From the NCBI GenBank assembly GCA_016178045.1, contig JACOUE010000034.1, positions 147 to 64,146 on the forward strand: DNA of 64,000 nt, read 5' to 3'. Shown piece after piece: positions 38,477-48,305 of this stretch (position 1 is the first letter of the stretch; each line of letters opens with the position of its first letter). Both the position numbers and the translations under genes were made by a program. The DNA is from Chloroflexota bacterium. Its GTDB lineage: Bacteria; Chloroflexota; Dehalococcoidia; SM23-28-2; JACOUE01. The notes under the pieces were generated by a model. It was not told the DNA's origin. It made no database searches and was given only the letters and a program-made list of their open reading frames with translations.

Positions 38477-39142
38477 TTACTCCCCGGTGTCTGCACCCTC
38501 GGCTTGGGTCTCCACAGGCTCCTGGGTGGAGGCTTCAGGCTCTGTCGACTCTGCTGGCTCGGGTTCGGTCTCGGTGGGTTCCGGCTCCTCGCTTTCCGCC
38601 GCAGGCTCTTCCGCCGCCTCTTCTGCGGCGGCCTCCGCGTCGGCCGGCTCTTCGCTCACCGCGGCCTGCGCCTCCCCGGCAGGGGCTTCCGGCGGCGCTC
38701 CGGCCTCGGCGGCCGTCTCGACGGCGGCTGCGGCTCCAGGCTCAGCGGCGGCTTCGGCGGCCGGCGCCTCCGCTTTCGCCGCGGGCGGCGCCTCCTCCGC
38801 CACGGCCACGGCGGGGGCGGCCTTCGCCTTCTTCGGCTTCGCCTTGGCGGTGCCGATCTTGTCCCGGTGCTTGGTATAGACGAAGGGCGGCCGGCCCGCT
38901 TTCTCCATGATGCTGGCCCGGGTCAGGAGCTTGGCCGCCGCCTCCGAAGGCTGGGCGCCGTTCTGGAGCCAGTGGACAGCCCGCTCCTCGTTCACGCTGA
39001 GCTGCGGCGGGTCCGTCAGGGGGTTGTAGTGGCCGATGATCTCGACGAAGGCGCCGTCACGGGGCGACCGCGAGTCGGCCACCAGAAGGCGGTAGGCGGG
39101 TTGCTTCTTCTTGCCTACCCTGGAGAGACGGATACGTAGCAA
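38477..39142 (-). CDS. rpsP: 30S ribosomal protein S16 with a long Ala/Glu/Pro-rich C-terminal extension
   Basis: TTG start with GGGAGGTG SD. (M)LRIRLSRVGKKKQPAYRLLVADSRSPRDGAFVEIIGHYNP, followed by about 130 aa of low-complexity tail. Confidence 0.9.
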   Translation of the reverse strand: MLRIRLSRVGKKKQPAYRLLVADSRSPRDGAFVEIIGHYNPLTDPPQLSVNEERAVHWLQNGAQPSEAAAKLLTRASIMEKAGRPPFVYTKHRDKIGTAKAKPKKAKAAPAVAVAEEAPPAAKAEAPAAEAAAEPGAAAAVETAAEAGAPPEAPAGEAQAAVSEEPADAEAAAEEAAEEPAAESEEPEPTETEPEPAESTEPEASTQEPVETQAEGADTGE

Positions 39143-39173
39143 TAGGCACCTCCCGTGCTCTGGCTGCTGGCTC

Positions 39174-40505
39174 TCACATCCGCAACAGCGGACTTATCTT
39201 CTGGCCGCGACCGGTGGTAAGCATCTGCATCATGCGCTTGGCTTCTCGGTACTGCTTGAGGAGACGGTTGATCTCGGCCGGCGTGGACCCGCTGCCTCGG
39301 GCGATGCGCCGACGGCGGCTGGCGTCGATGACCTCGGGGTGGCGGCGCTCGTACGGCGTCATCGAGTAGATGATAGCCTCCACCCGCTTGAAGAAGTTGT
39401 CGTCCAGCTCCTCAACGGCGAGGCGGTTCTTGATGGTGGAGAGGCCGGGTATCAGCCCGATGAGCTGGGGCATGGGGCCCATCCGCTTGACCCGCTGGAA
39501 CTGGACCAGGAAGTCCTCCAGCGTCAGCGCCCCCTTGCGCATGCGCTCCGTCAGGGACTCGACGTCTTCGTCCTCGAACTCCTCCTTCGCCTTCTCGATG
39601 AGGGTGAGGAGGTCGCCCATGCCGAGGATGCGGCTGGCGAAGCGTTCGGGGTAGAAGGGCTCGAGGGCGTCGGCCTTTTCGCCGGTGCCGACGAACTTGA
39701 CGGGGATGCCGGTGACGGCGCGGATGGAGAGGGCGGCGCCGCCGCGGGCATCGCCGTCGAGCTTGGTGAGGATGAGGCCGGTGAGGCCGACGGCGCCGTG
39801 GAAGGCCTCGGCGGCGTGGACGGCCTCCTGGCCGGTCATAGCATCCGCGACGAGGAGGACCTCCATAGGCGAGAGGGCCTTGCGGAGGGCGGCCAGCTCC
39901 GCCAGCTCCTCCTGGTCGAGGCGCAGATAGCCGACGGTATCGATCAGCACGGTCGAGGCGGAGATGCGCTTCGCCTCGGCAAGGGCGTCCTTGCACACGT
40001 CCTCCGGCTTCGCCTTGCCTTCGCGGGCGACGACCGGGATGTCGAGCTGCTTGCCCAGGGCGTCCAGCTGCTCGGCGGCGGCCACCCGCCTGGGGTCGGC
40101 CGAGGCCATGAGGGGCCGCTGGCCTTGGCGGCGGAGATGGAGGCCCAGCTTGGCGGTGGTGGTGGTCTTGCCGGAGCCTTTGAGGCCGACCAGCATGACG
40201 ATGGTGGGCGGCGCCTTCGCCTGCTCCAGGTGGGCCTGGCCGCCGCCCAGCATCTCGACCATCTCCTGGTTGACGATGTCGATGATCTGCTGGAGGGGGG
40301 TGAGGCTCTTGGTGATCTCGGCGCCGAGGGCGCGTTCCTTCAGCCGCTGGGTGAAGTCGCGCACCACCTTAAAGTGGACATCGGCCTCTAAAAGGGCGAG
40401 GCGCACCTCTCGTAGCGCCTCGTCCAGGTCCTTCTCGGTGATGGTGCCGCGACTACCGAGGCGGCGGAAGACGCCCTGGAGTTTGTCGGTGAGGGCTTCG
40501 AACAT
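39174..40505 (-). CDS. ffh: Signal recognition particle protein Ffh
   Basis: N domain, G domain (GLKGSGKTTTTAKL, DTVG, TKLDGDARGGAALS), Met-rich M domain. Confidence 0.95.
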   Translation of the reverse strand: MFEALTDKLQGVFRRLGSRGTITEKDLDEALREVRLALLEADVHFKVVRDFTQRLKERALGAEITKSLTPLQQIIDIVNQEMVEMLGGGQAHLEQAKAPPTIVMLVGLKGSGKTTTTAKLGLHLRRQGQRPLMASADPRRVAAAEQLDALGKQLDIPVVAREGKAKPEDVCKDALAEAKRISASTVLIDTVGYLRLDQEELAELAALRKALSPMEVLLVADAMTGQEAVHAAEAFHGAVGLTGLILTKLDGDARGGAALSIRAVTGIPVKFVGTGEKADALEPFYPERFASRILGMGDLLTLIEKAKEEFEDEDVESLTERMRKGALTLEDFLVQFQRVKRMGPMPQLIGLIPGLSTIKNRLAVEELDDNFFKRVEAIIYSMTPYERRHPEVIDASRRRRIARGSGSTPAEINRLLKQYREAKRMMQMLTTGRGQKISPLLRM

Positions 40506-40519
40506 AGTTACCGCAAGGG

Positions 40520-40548
40520 ATTGTATAGGGCGGCAATATACCCGTCAA
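40520..40548 (-). promoter_or_regulatory. Sigma70-type promoter giving a very short (~8 nt) ffh leader
   Basis: Minus strand: TTGACG-N17-TACAAT, then 14 nt to ATG 40505. No SD in between. Confidence 0.45.
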
Positions 40549-40589
40549 GGAAGCCGGTGAACCAGAGGGGGCGGCGGGCAGCTGCGCGG

Positions 40590-41150
40590 TCACAAGCGCT
40601 GGGACACTTCGCCATACAGCTCGTCTGTTTCCACATACATCAGGCTGCCGTTTTCCGGCGCTCCGTAGTCCTTGACCCACTTGACCAGCCCATCCTGGCC
40701 CACGAGCACAAATATGTGACCCGGCTCGCCGCCATGGGTCAGGGGAATGCCATATTTCTCTGACACCTCGCCACCGCGGTCGGAGAGATAGGTTGACAGA
40801 ATGCCAAAATCGGCCACGTCGTGGGCAAGATCGGACAAGGGATCAAGGGCGATGCTCACCAATTCGACGTCGAGGGCGTTGAACCTTTCGTCGCGCTCCA
40901 GGTCGACGACCTGTTCCTGACAGGGCGTTCAGCCGTACCCCATGCTGAAATACAGAAGAACGTTCTTGTTGCCGATAAAGTCGCTCAAAGAGACGGTTCC
41001 GCCGTCGATGGCAGGCAGGCGAAATTCGGGCGCCGGGTCACCCTCAGCTAGCGATAGCGCATCCTCCCCGGGGGCGCAGGCGACGGACAGAGTTACAGCC
41101 AGGATCCCAGCGGCGAGGACCAGAGACGATAGAACGACTGGGCGGCCCAT
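40590..41150 (-). CDS. TlpA/ResA-redoxin-like thiol:disulfide oxidoreductase lipoprotein; TGA 40929-40931 read as selenocysteine (U-T-P-C motif)
   Basis: Track ORFs 40929-41150 and 40590-40862 share a frame. Read-through gives ..NVLLYFSMGYG-U-TPCQEQVVDLERDERFNALDVELVSIALDP.., placing Sec at the first Cys of the thioredoxin-fold CxxC. Lipobox LSVAC at the N-terminus. Confidence 0.7.
40888..40913 (-). promoter_or_regulatory. Candidate SECIS region (two alternative hairpins)
   Basis: Minus strand UCGUCG-ACCUGGAGCG-CGACGA (6-bp stem, GG-containing loop) or the alternative CAGGUCG-U-CGACCUG, starting 15-22 nt after the UGA. Confidence 0.35.
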
Positions 41151-41209
41151 GATGAAATCCTATGCGGAGTTGCTCTCCCCCGCTGGCTCGCTCTGGCAGT
41201 CTCCAGAGC

Positions 41210-41431
41210 CTAGCCCTTGAGGTCCTCTTTCATGTGCAGAAACTCTTCGCGGCTGATTTCCCCGCGGGCGTAGCGCTCCTCTAGGAGACGGCTCGCGTCT
41301 CGCGAGGGGGAGAGGCGATTAATGGCCCACACGGCCAGGGCGATGATGGCCGCCCAGAAGGCCACGAAGGTGAATGACCAGAGGCCCATCATCGCCCACA
41401 TGGCGGGGTTCATTTGCATGTCCATGTGCAT
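41210..41431 (-). CDS. SHOCT-domain membrane protein
   Basis: Start trimmed to ATG 41431 (TGGAGG SD 6 nt upstream). TM, then LEERYARGEISREEFLHMKEDL. Confidence 0.75.
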   Translation of the reverse strand: MHMDMQMNPAMWAMMGLWSFTFVAFWAAIIALAVWAINRLSPSRDASRLLEERYARGEISREEFLHMKEDLKG

Positions 41432-41468
41432 GGGCGGCCTCCAAAATCGGAACGTGCGGGCAAGCATT

Positions 41469-41498
41469 AGTGTAAGCCGTCACGAATTTCCCTGTCAA
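41469..41498 (-). promoter_or_regulatory. Sigma70-type promoter for the SHOCT gene, overlapping a hairpin downstream of gap
   Basis: Minus strand: TTGACA-N18-TACACT. The -35 lies within the stem GTCAAAAC..GTTTTGAC (41494-41518). Confidence 0.4.
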
Positions 41499-41641
41499 AA
41501 CTGCTGGCCGGTTTTGACTCAGCCTTGCGACCTATCTACGCTGGTATAGAGGGTAGATCGCCGGTGGGACCGTCGGTGTATCAGTACCGGGACGGGAGAC
41601 CGGGATGCGGATTGTCGGCAGGCGCCCAGACGGGGAGACAA

Positions 41642-42652
41642 TCAGAGCCCTTTGTCCACCATGAAGGAGCAGAGGTCGGCCAGGCGGCAGGCGTAGCCCC
41701 ACTCGTTGTCGTACCAGGCGACGGCCTTCACCAGGTTGCCGATGGCCATGGTGCTGGGCCCGTCCACGATGGCACTGGCGGGGGTACCCTTGAAGTCGAC
41801 GCTGACGAGCTCCTCGTCTGTGTACTCCAGGATGCCGCGCAGGGCCTCGGAGGCGGCGTCGCGGAACGCTTGGTTTACCTCCTCCACCGTTACCGGCTTC
41901 TCCATGGTGGCGACGAAGTCGCAGACGGAGACGGTGGGGGTGGGCACGCGGAAGGCCATGCCGTCCAGGCGGCCCTTCAGCTCCGGGATGACGGTGGTGA
42001 CGGCGCGGGCGGCCCCGGTGGTAGTGGGGATGATGCTAAGAGCGGCGGCGCGGGCCCGGCGCAGGTCCTTGTGCACCGTGTCCAGGAGGGCCTGGTCGTT
42101 GGTGTAGGCGTGGATGGTGGTCATGAACCCCCGGTCGACCCGGAAGGCGTCGTGGAGGACCTTGACCACGGGGGCGATGCAGTTGGTGGTGCAGGAGGCG
42201 TTGGAGACGACGTTGTGGCGGGCAGGGTCGTACGTGTCCTCGTTCACGCCGAGGACGAGGGTGAGGTCCTCGTTCTTGGCGGGGGCGCTGATGATTACCT
42301 TCCTAGCGCCGCCCTCCATGTGCGCGGCTGCCTTCTGGCCGTCGGTGAAGATGCCGGTGGACTCGACGACGATCTGGACGTCGAAGTCGCGCCAGGGGAT
42401 CCTGGCGGGGTCGCGCTCGGCGAGGACCTGGATGCGGTGGCCGTTGACGAGGATGCTGTCGTCGGTGGCGCCGATCTCGCCGGGGAAGCGGCCGTAGTTG
42501 CTGTCGTACTTCAGGAGGTGGGCGTTGGTGGCGGGGTCGGTGAGGTCGTTGACGGCGACGACCAGGAGCTTGCCGCCGTAGAAGTCGTGGATGGCCTTGA
42601 AGACCTGCCTGCCGATCCGCCCGAACCCGTTTATGCCGATGTTGACGGGCAT
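41642..42652 (-). CDS. gap: Glyceraldehyde-3-phosphate dehydrogenase (type I)
   Basis: INGFGRIGR, active-site [17 protein letters not shown]. Confidence 0.95.
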   Translation of the reverse strand: MPVNIGINGFGRIGRQVFKAIHDFYGGKLLVVAVNDLTDPATNAHLLKYDSNYGRFPGEIGATDDSILVNGHRIQVLAERDPARIPWRDFDVQIVVESTGIFTDGQKAAAHMEGGARKVIISAPAKNEDLTLVLGVNEDTYDPARHNVVSNASCTTNCIAPVVKVLHDAFRVDRGFMTTIHAYTNDQALLDTVHKDLRRARAAALSIIPTTTGAARAVTTVIPELKGRLDGMAFRVPTPTVSVCDFVATMEKPVTVEEVNQAFRDAASEALRGILEYTDEELVSVDFKGTPASAIVDGPSTMAIGNLVKAVAWYDNEWGYACRLADLCSFMVDKGL

Positions 42653-42763
42653 GAGGGAGCCTCCTTTGCGCTGCCGGTCCTCTTCTGGAAAGCTTGTGGT
42701 CGGTCCGGGGACGGCCGTTAGGGCGCGTCGCTTCCAGTATATCCCCTGTAGCTGAAGGGCCGC

Positions 42764-42801
42764 AAAAAACGGGAGTTGCTCCGGCTAGCGGAGCAACTCC
42801 C
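42764..42801 (-). terminator. Rho-independent terminator of the tad operon
   Basis: Minus strand: GGGAGTTGCTCC-gctagcc-GGAGCAACTCCC followed by gTTTTTT. Confidence 0.8.
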
Positions 42802-42847
42802 GCGGCAGGCAGTGAGGTTGAGGTTGGCTATATTGGATGGGGTACGT

Positions 42848-43762
42848 CTATTTGGTGACCAGACTGTCGTAGACCTGAATGCCGGCCGGTCCCAGCAGGA
42901 CGATGAACAGCGAAGGGAGCAGGAACAGGACCAGCGGGAACGTCATCCAGATGGGTATTCGCTGGGCGGTCTGCTCCACGCGCTGGCGCCGCTTAATGCG
43001 GATCTGGTCCGACTGGACGCGCAGGACATCGGCGATGCTGGAGCCGGTGACCTCGGCATGGATGATAGCGTTGACGAAGGTGACGACCTCGGACACGCCG
43101 GTGCGCTCTCCCACGTCGAGCAGGGCGTCGCGGCGTGACTGGCCCATGGCCATCTCGCGCAGGGCCTGCCTCAGCTCGTCGCCGAAGGGGCCCGCCAGCT
43201 TCTCGGTCACCTTGGCGAAGGCGGCGTCCAGACCGAGGCCGGCCTCCACACAGGTGCTCACCAGGTCGAAGGCGTTGGGGAGGGACTTCAGGATTTCGTT
43301 CTGGCGCTTGCCCACGCGACGGGCGAGCCAGAAGTAGGGGAGGTAGAAGCCCAAGCCGATCAGCGCCAGGAGCACCATGAGGATGGTGGGGCTAAAGCTG
43401 GCCCCGGCCATGGCGACGAACGCCAGGAAGAAAGTAGGGAAGGCGAAGGCGCTAACTGCCATGACCATGAGGAAACCGGCCAGGGAAAACGGCTGTCCTG
43501 CCAGGGTGAGCAGGTGGCGGATCCGGGCCACGTATGCCGTCGGGAGCATCTTGGCCACGATGCTGCCCATACTTTCCAGCAAGGGCATGACGATGCGCTC
43601 CACGAACGGCTGCCCGCGGTCGATGACGACGTCATCGTCGAATGCGGAGGCGAGTCTCCTGACCCGCGCCTCCACCGGGTTCTGGCGGCTGCGGCCGGCG
43701 AAGGCCATGCAGACGCAGAACACGGCCGCGAATGTGATGAAGGCTGCTGCTCCTGCCAGCAT
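42848..43762 (-). CDS. tadC: Flp pilus assembly membrane protein TadC
   Basis: T2SSF-type polytopic protein, last gene of the operon. Confidence 0.8.
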   Translation of the reverse strand: MLAGAAAFITFAAVFCVCMAFAGRSRQNPVEARVRRLASAFDDDVVIDRGQPFVERIVMPLLESMGSIVAKMLPTAYVARIRHLLTLAGQPFSLAGFLMVMAVSAFAFPTFFLAFVAMAGASFSPTILMVLLALIGLGFYLPYFWLARRVGKRQNEILKSLPNAFDLVSTCVEAGLGLDAAFAKVTEKLAGPFGDELRQALREMAMGQSRRDALLDVGERTGVSEVVTFVNAIIHAEVTGSSIADVLRVQSDQIRIKRRQRVEQTAQRIPIWMTFPLVLFLLPSLFIVLLGPAGIQVYDSLVTK

Positions 43763-43771
43763 GATGTCCTC

Positions 43772-44719
43772 CTATACCTCGATAGCGGTAATGCGGCGCG
43801 TGATGTACAGCCCGGTTATGTTCAGCCCGGCGGCCAGAATGATGAGGAACCGGCCGACCCCGGTGGTGAAGAGGAGCCTCATGTACTCCGGGTCGGTCAG
43901 GTAGAAGAGGCCGACGACCAACAGGGGCATGAGCCCGACGATCCAACCGGACAGCCGCTTCTGGGCGGTGAGGGTGTTGATTTCGCCCTTGATGCGGATC
44001 CGCTCGCGGATGGTGTGGGCCACGTTGTCCAGCACCTCGGCCAGGTTGCTGCCGACGGCGCGCTGGATGAGGACGGCGGTGATCACCATGTCGAGATCGT
44101 AGCTGCCGACTCGCTCGCCCATGGCGATGATGGCGTCCTCGAGGGTGGCACCCATGTGGGTGTCGCGGATGAGGCGCTTGAGCTCCACGGATATGGGGGG
44201 CGGGATCTGCTCGGCCGCCAGGTCAAAGGCCTGCAAGAGGCCGAAGCCGGCTTTGAGGGAGCTGGACACCATGGTCAGCATCTCCTCGAGCTGGTCGTTG
44301 AGCTTGTTGATCTGCTGCTGGATGCGCATCCGCACGTAGAGAGGAGGCAGCATGAACCCCACGACTCCAAAGACTATGGCCAGCAGCGCGGCAAAGGCCG
44401 ACGTACCGACCAGGGCAAAGCCGACGATCATGAACGCTACCGCCATCAGGCCGCGCAGCGCCAGGTACTCGTGCAGCTTCAGGGCGACGCCGGCGCGGTC
44501 GAGGTCGCGCAGGGTCCGTTCGGCCCAAACGCTGCCCTGGCGGCGCAGGGCCAGAGGGACTCCGCCCTCAGTCTGCGCCCGCTGGCCGTAGGCCTGGAGC
44601 TGGTCCATGCGCTCCTGCGCCCGGGAACGGCCGCGCGCGGTAGCCTGGTAGAACCCGATAGTGACGAGCAGAACGGCGAGGAAAGCGCACCCCGCTGCTG
44701 CTATGTTTACCAAGTCCAT
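43772..44719 (-). CDS. tadB: Flp pilus assembly membrane protein TadB
   Basis: Start trimmed to ATG 44719 (AGGAGG SD; 4 nt after the cpaF stop). T2SSF-type. Confidence 0.8.
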   Translation of the reverse strand: MDLVNIAAAGCAFLAVLLVTIGFYQATARGRSRAQERMDQLQAYGQRAQTEGGVPLALRRQGSVWAERTLRDLDRAGVALKLHEYLALRGLMAVAFMIVGFALVGTSAFAALLAIVFGVVGFMLPPLYVRMRIQQQINKLNDQLEEMLTMVSSSLKAGFGLLQAFDLAAEQIPPPISVELKRLIRDTHMGATLEDAIIAMGERVGSYDLDMVITAVLIQRAVGSNLAEVLDNVAHTIRERIRIKGEINTLTAQKRLSGWIVGLMPLLVVGLFYLTDPEYMRLLFTTGVGRFLIILAAGLNITGLYITRRITAIEV

Positions 44720-44723
44720 GGCC

Positions 44724-46076
44724 TTACCTCCTGGCTCCGATGAATATGTCTTCGGGGAAGGTGATCCCCATCTCCTCCAGCCGCGACAGGAAGCGCGGCT
44801 GGATGCCCGTCGGCAGGGCCTCGCCCAGGACGCGGCCGTTGCTGTCGACGCCCTGATGCACGAAGCGAAAGAGCTCCTGCATGGTGACGATGGCGCCCTC
44901 CATGCCGGAGATCTCGCTGACGCTGATGATCTTGCGTGATCCATCGACGAAGCGGGCGAGCTGGATGACCAGGTGCAGGGCGGAAGCCATCTGCTCGCGG
45001 ATGGCCCGCACCGGCAGGTCGAATCCGGCCATGAGGATCATGTTCTCGGCACGCATGAGGGCGTCGCGAGGGGAGTTGGCGTGGACGGTGGTGAGGGAGC
45101 CTTCGTGGCCGGTGTTCATGGCCTGCATCATGTCGAAGGCCTCAGAGCCGCGCACCTCGCCCACGATGATGCGGTCGGGGCGCATGCGGAGGGCGTTGCG
45201 GACCAGGTCACGCTGCGTGACGTCGTGCTTGCCCTCCAGGTTCGCCGGCCTGGCCTCAAGGCTCACCACGTGAGGCTGCTGGAGCTTCAGCTCAGCCGGG
45301 TCCTCGATGGTGACGACACGCTCCGTGGGCGGGATGAACCCGGAGACGGCGTTGAGGAGTGTGGTCTTACCGGTACCGCTACCGCCGGAGATGAGGATGT
45401 TGAGGCGCCCCTTGACGCAGACGCTCAGGAACTCGCCCAGCTCCTCGCTCAGGGTGCCGGTGGCCATGAGGTCCTGGATTGTGTACTTGTCCGCGCGGAA
45501 CTTCCGGATGGTGATCGTGGGGCTCTTGGGGGCCACCGGAGGGATGATGATGTTGACCCGGGAGCCGTCGGCGAGACGGGCGTCGACGTAGGGCGAGGAC
45601 TCGTCCACGCGGCGGCCCAGCGGCGAGATGATCCGCTCGGCGACGCGCATGATGTGCCTGTGGTCGCGGAAGCGGAGGTTGCTGAGGTAGATGATGCCGT
45701 CCCGCTCGTAGTAGACGAGGTCGGGGGCGTTGACCATCACCTCGGAGAGTGAGGGGTCTCTGACCAGGCCCTCAATAGGGCCGAGGCCCAGGACCTCGTC
45801 CGCCACGTGGCCGACGATGGTGTCCCGCTCCAGCCCCACGACCTTGGGGGCCAGCTCCTGCATGATGGTGCGGGCGGCCTTCTCCACCGCCTCGCGGGCC
45901 TTGTCCGGCTCCAGCTTTTCGATGGCCGTGGCGTCCAGGTCCTCGATGAGTTTTTGGTGGATCTGGAAGACCAGTTCCCACTGGCTGTCGTCCAGGCCGT
46001 CGTTGTGCTGCTGCGGCTGGCCCTTGTCCCCGTTACCGGGGGTGTTGTCTGCGAACTTTTGCTGCCATGTAGCCAT
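44724..46076 (-). CDS. cpaF: Flp pilus assembly ATPase CpaF/TadA
   Basis: Walker [14 protein letters not shown], Asp box, Walker B (RIIVGEVRG), His box ([12 protein letters not shown]). Confidence 0.92.
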   Translation of the reverse strand: MATWQQKFADNTPGNGDKGQPQQHNDGLDDSQWELVFQIHQKLIEDLDATAIEKLEPDKAREAVEKAARTIMQELAPKVVGLERDTIVGHVADEVLGLGPIEGLVRDPSLSEVMVNAPDLVYYERDGIIYLSNLRFRDHRHIMRVAERIISPLGRRVDESSPYVDARLADGSRVNIIIPPVAPKSPTITIRKFRADKYTIQDLMATGTLSEELGEFLSVCVKGRLNILISGGSGTGKTTLLNAVSGFIPPTERVVTIEDPAELKLQQPHVVSLEARPANLEGKHDVTQRDLVRNALRMRPDRIIVGEVRGSEAFDMMQAMNTGHEGSLTTVHANSPRDALMRAENMILMAGFDLPVRAIREQMASALHLVIQLARFVDGSRKIISVSEISGMEGAIVTMQELFRFVHQGVDSNGRVLGEALPTGIQPRFLSRLEEMGITFPEDIFIGARR

Positions 46077-46101
46077 GACTTACCACCTTCCCTGCCGATT
46101 C

Positions 46102-47331
46102 CTACTGTCTGAAGATGAACTTCTTGAGCAGCCCCCCGCCGTTGTCTTCCACCCTGGCGGCAACGTGTTCCACGGGAACAGGCTCGTAGCCACTGAGGAC
46201 GGCGGCCAGCTCCTGGATGCTCTGGGCAGCGCGAGAGTCTGGCCGGTCGATGACGGCGGGGCTGCCGATCTGGGCGCTCTGGCCGATCTCCTCGTCGTGG
46301 GGGATGGACCAGAACACTTCCTGACGCAGGACCTTGCCGACGTCAGTATCCTTGACCGAGTTGACGTTGGTGGCGTGGTTGACCGTGAGCTTGATCTTCT
46401 CCTCGGAGTAAGATCCGTTGCTCAGCAGCTTCAGCGCCACCGTTGTGTCCTTGATGCTGGTGATGTCGAGGCTGGTGACGAGAAGGATGACCGTAGCCTT
46501 CTCCAGGGCCACGCCCACGAGGTCGGTGAAGGTGCCCGGTGTGTCGACGATGACGAAGTCGTGGGTCTGGGCTAGGAGCGAGAGGACCTTTTCCATGGAC
46601 TCCGGCGGGACGTTGCGCCAGTCCGTCGGCTCGAAGGGAGCGGGGAGGACGGCAACGCCGCAGGGGTGGTGGATCAGGTACTTGCTGATAGAATCGCGGT
46701 CCAGGTCCTCGATGTCCCGGGTGGCGTCGATGAGGCTGGTCTCCACCGGCAAGTCCATCATCATGGCGACGTCTCCGAAGATGGTGTCGCTGTCCACGAT
46801 GACGGAAGAGCCAACGCCCAGGGTCTGGAAGGCGGTGGCCAGGTTGATGGAGATAGTGGTCTTGCCGATGCCGCCCTTGGCCCCGAAGACGGTGACGATC
46901 ATGCCGCCCGTGCGCACGGGTGCCGGCTGCTCGCCGGTGAGGAGGGCGCGACGGCGCTCTTGCTGGGCCAGGCCCATCTCGACGGCCTTGATGACATCGT
47001 CGGTCTTGAGAGGCTTGGTGAGGTAGTCCCGGGCGCCGGCGATGACGGCGCGGCGGGCCGAGTCGGAGTCCGCGAGACTGGAGTAGGCTATGATCGCCGC
47101 CTCGGGGAGTATGCCCGTGAGCTGCTCGATGGTCTGAAGGGCGCGAGCAGTGGGCTCCTCGACGCAGATCAGGACCGCCTGGGGTTTGATCTCCGAGGCC
47201 AGGGAGAGCGCCTCCGCGCCATAGCCGACGCCACCGACGACGATGAATCGGCTCTTGGCCAGGCCCTTCTGGAGCTCGGCCCTGGTCTCGAAGTCCTGGT
47301 CGACTATTACGATCCTGGGGTTGCCTGCCAT
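46102..47331 (-). CDS. cpaE: CpaE/TadZ: atypical receiver domain fused to a MinD/ParA-type ATPase
   Basis: The N-terminal REC-like fold lacks the acceptor Asp (VLICVEEP). Deviant Walker A: FGAKGGIGKTT. Confidence 0.85.
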   Translation of the reverse strand: MAGNPRIVIVDQDFETRAELQKGLAKSRFIVVGGVGYGAEALSLASEIKPQAVLICVEEPTARALQTIEQLTGILPEAAIIAYSSLADSDSARRAVIAGARDYLTKPLKTDDVIKAVEMGLAQQERRRALLTGEQPAPVRTGGMIVTVFGAKGGIGKTTISINLATAFQTLGVGSSVIVDSDTIFGDVAMMMDLPVETSLIDATRDIEDLDRDSISKYLIHHPCGVAVLPAPFEPTDWRNVPPESMEKVLSLLAQTHDFVIVDTPGTFTDLVGVALEKATVILLVTSLDITSIKDTTVALKLLSNGSYSEEKIKLTVNHATNVNSVKDTDVGKVLRQEVFWSIPHDEEIGQSAQIGSPAVIDRPDSRAAQSIQELAAVLSGYEPVPVEHVAARVEDNGGGLLKKFIFRQ

Positions 47332-47367
47332 AGCTAGGTCACCTCATTCCTCTCCTGCCTTCATCAC

Positions 47368-48252
47368 CTATCGCACGTCCAGGGTCTTGTCGATGAGGGT
47401 GACGTGCCAGGGTGTGCGGACCTGCTCTTCCTCGCCGAAGGGACGAACGGTCAGGCGAAGGGCGCCGTACTGGTCAGCAAGGCTGAGGAGCTGGGCCTGC
47501 TGCGGCGTCACCTCGAGGGTGGCGGAAGCCGCGCTCGGCTCGGTGCCGGACGCAGGAGTCTCGGTCGTGCCTTCGACCGCGGCGTTCTGGTCGGTGACCG
47601 TCTGGGCCAGGCCGATGAGCCGCATGTCCTGGAACAGCGTGCCCGTCACGTTGTACACGCAGAGTTCGGTTGTGTTCGTGTCCTCGGCGAAGGTCGTGGT
47701 GGTGTTGCACGCGGGCACGTTGGCGGCGGCGCTGCCGCCGAAGGTGCTGAGGATGGAGCGCACGGAGTCAGGGCCGCCCACCTCGAAGACTGCCACTATG
47801 TCCACGTGGTCGCCCGGGCGGGCGTTGCCGCCGGTGATAACCACTTCCTGGACAGAGATGGAGACGGCGCGATGGCCCGGCTCCACGCGGAAGGCGAGGC
47901 CCTCGCCCGCTTGGTCGCTGACGACGGCGGGGCCGATGTGCTCGCCGGCCTTCACGTCCTGGGTGATCACCCGGTCGACGACCTGGCTGCGGGCGGTGAA
48001 GGCCTCAGGGTCCACCTTGTCGGTGGGCAGGAGCTGGACCTCCAGCATATCGGCGGTGACGCGGGTGTTGGCGGGGATGTCCCGCGCGGCGACTACCGTC
48101 GCCTGCTTGTCTGCGCCGCCACCGCTGCCGGCGGAGTTAACGGCGACGAAGACGAGGACGGCGGCGACGAGGCCCAGGAAGACCCCGAGATAGAGGACCA
48201 GCCGCTGCTGCCTCCCGAACGGGCGGGTCGCTGTGGTTCGACCTGCTGCCAT
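47368..48252 (-). CDS. cpaB: Flp pilus assembly protein CpaB/RcpC
   Basis: N-terminal TM (LVLYLGVFLGLVAAVLVFVAV), SAF-like region (VVAARDIPANTRVTADML), RcpC-like C-terminus. Confidence 0.75.
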   Translation of the reverse strand: MAAGRTTATRPFGRQQRLVLYLGVFLGLVAAVLVFVAVNSAGSGGGADKQATVVAARDIPANTRVTADMLEVQLLPTDKVDPEAFTARSQVVDRVITQDVKAGEHIGPAVVSDQAGEGLAFRVEPGHRAVSISVQEVVITGGNARPGDHVDIVAVFEVGGPDSVRSILSTFGGSAAANVPACNTTTTFAEDTNTTELCVYNVTGTLFQDMRLIGLAQTVTDQNAAVEGTTETPASGTEPSAASATLEVTPQQAQLLSLADQYGALRLTVRPFGEEEQVRTPWHVTLIDKTLDVR

Positions 48253-48305
48253 TTCTACCTACCTCCTTTTTGGTTTTTCTTTTGGCTGTCTTTTGGTTTG
48301 TTCGC

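Noticed and set aside
44720-44944. Extended TadB ORF overlapping the cpaF 3' end by 220 nt. Similar over-long track starts were seen for flp1, the SBP, the SHOCT gene, the zinc-ribbon gene, the REC gene and the 58892 and 62092 ORFs.
   Set aside because: The track takes the most upstream alternative start. Internal ATG/GTG codons preceded by GGAGG-type SDs give proper signal peptides or TM N-termini and remove the overlaps.
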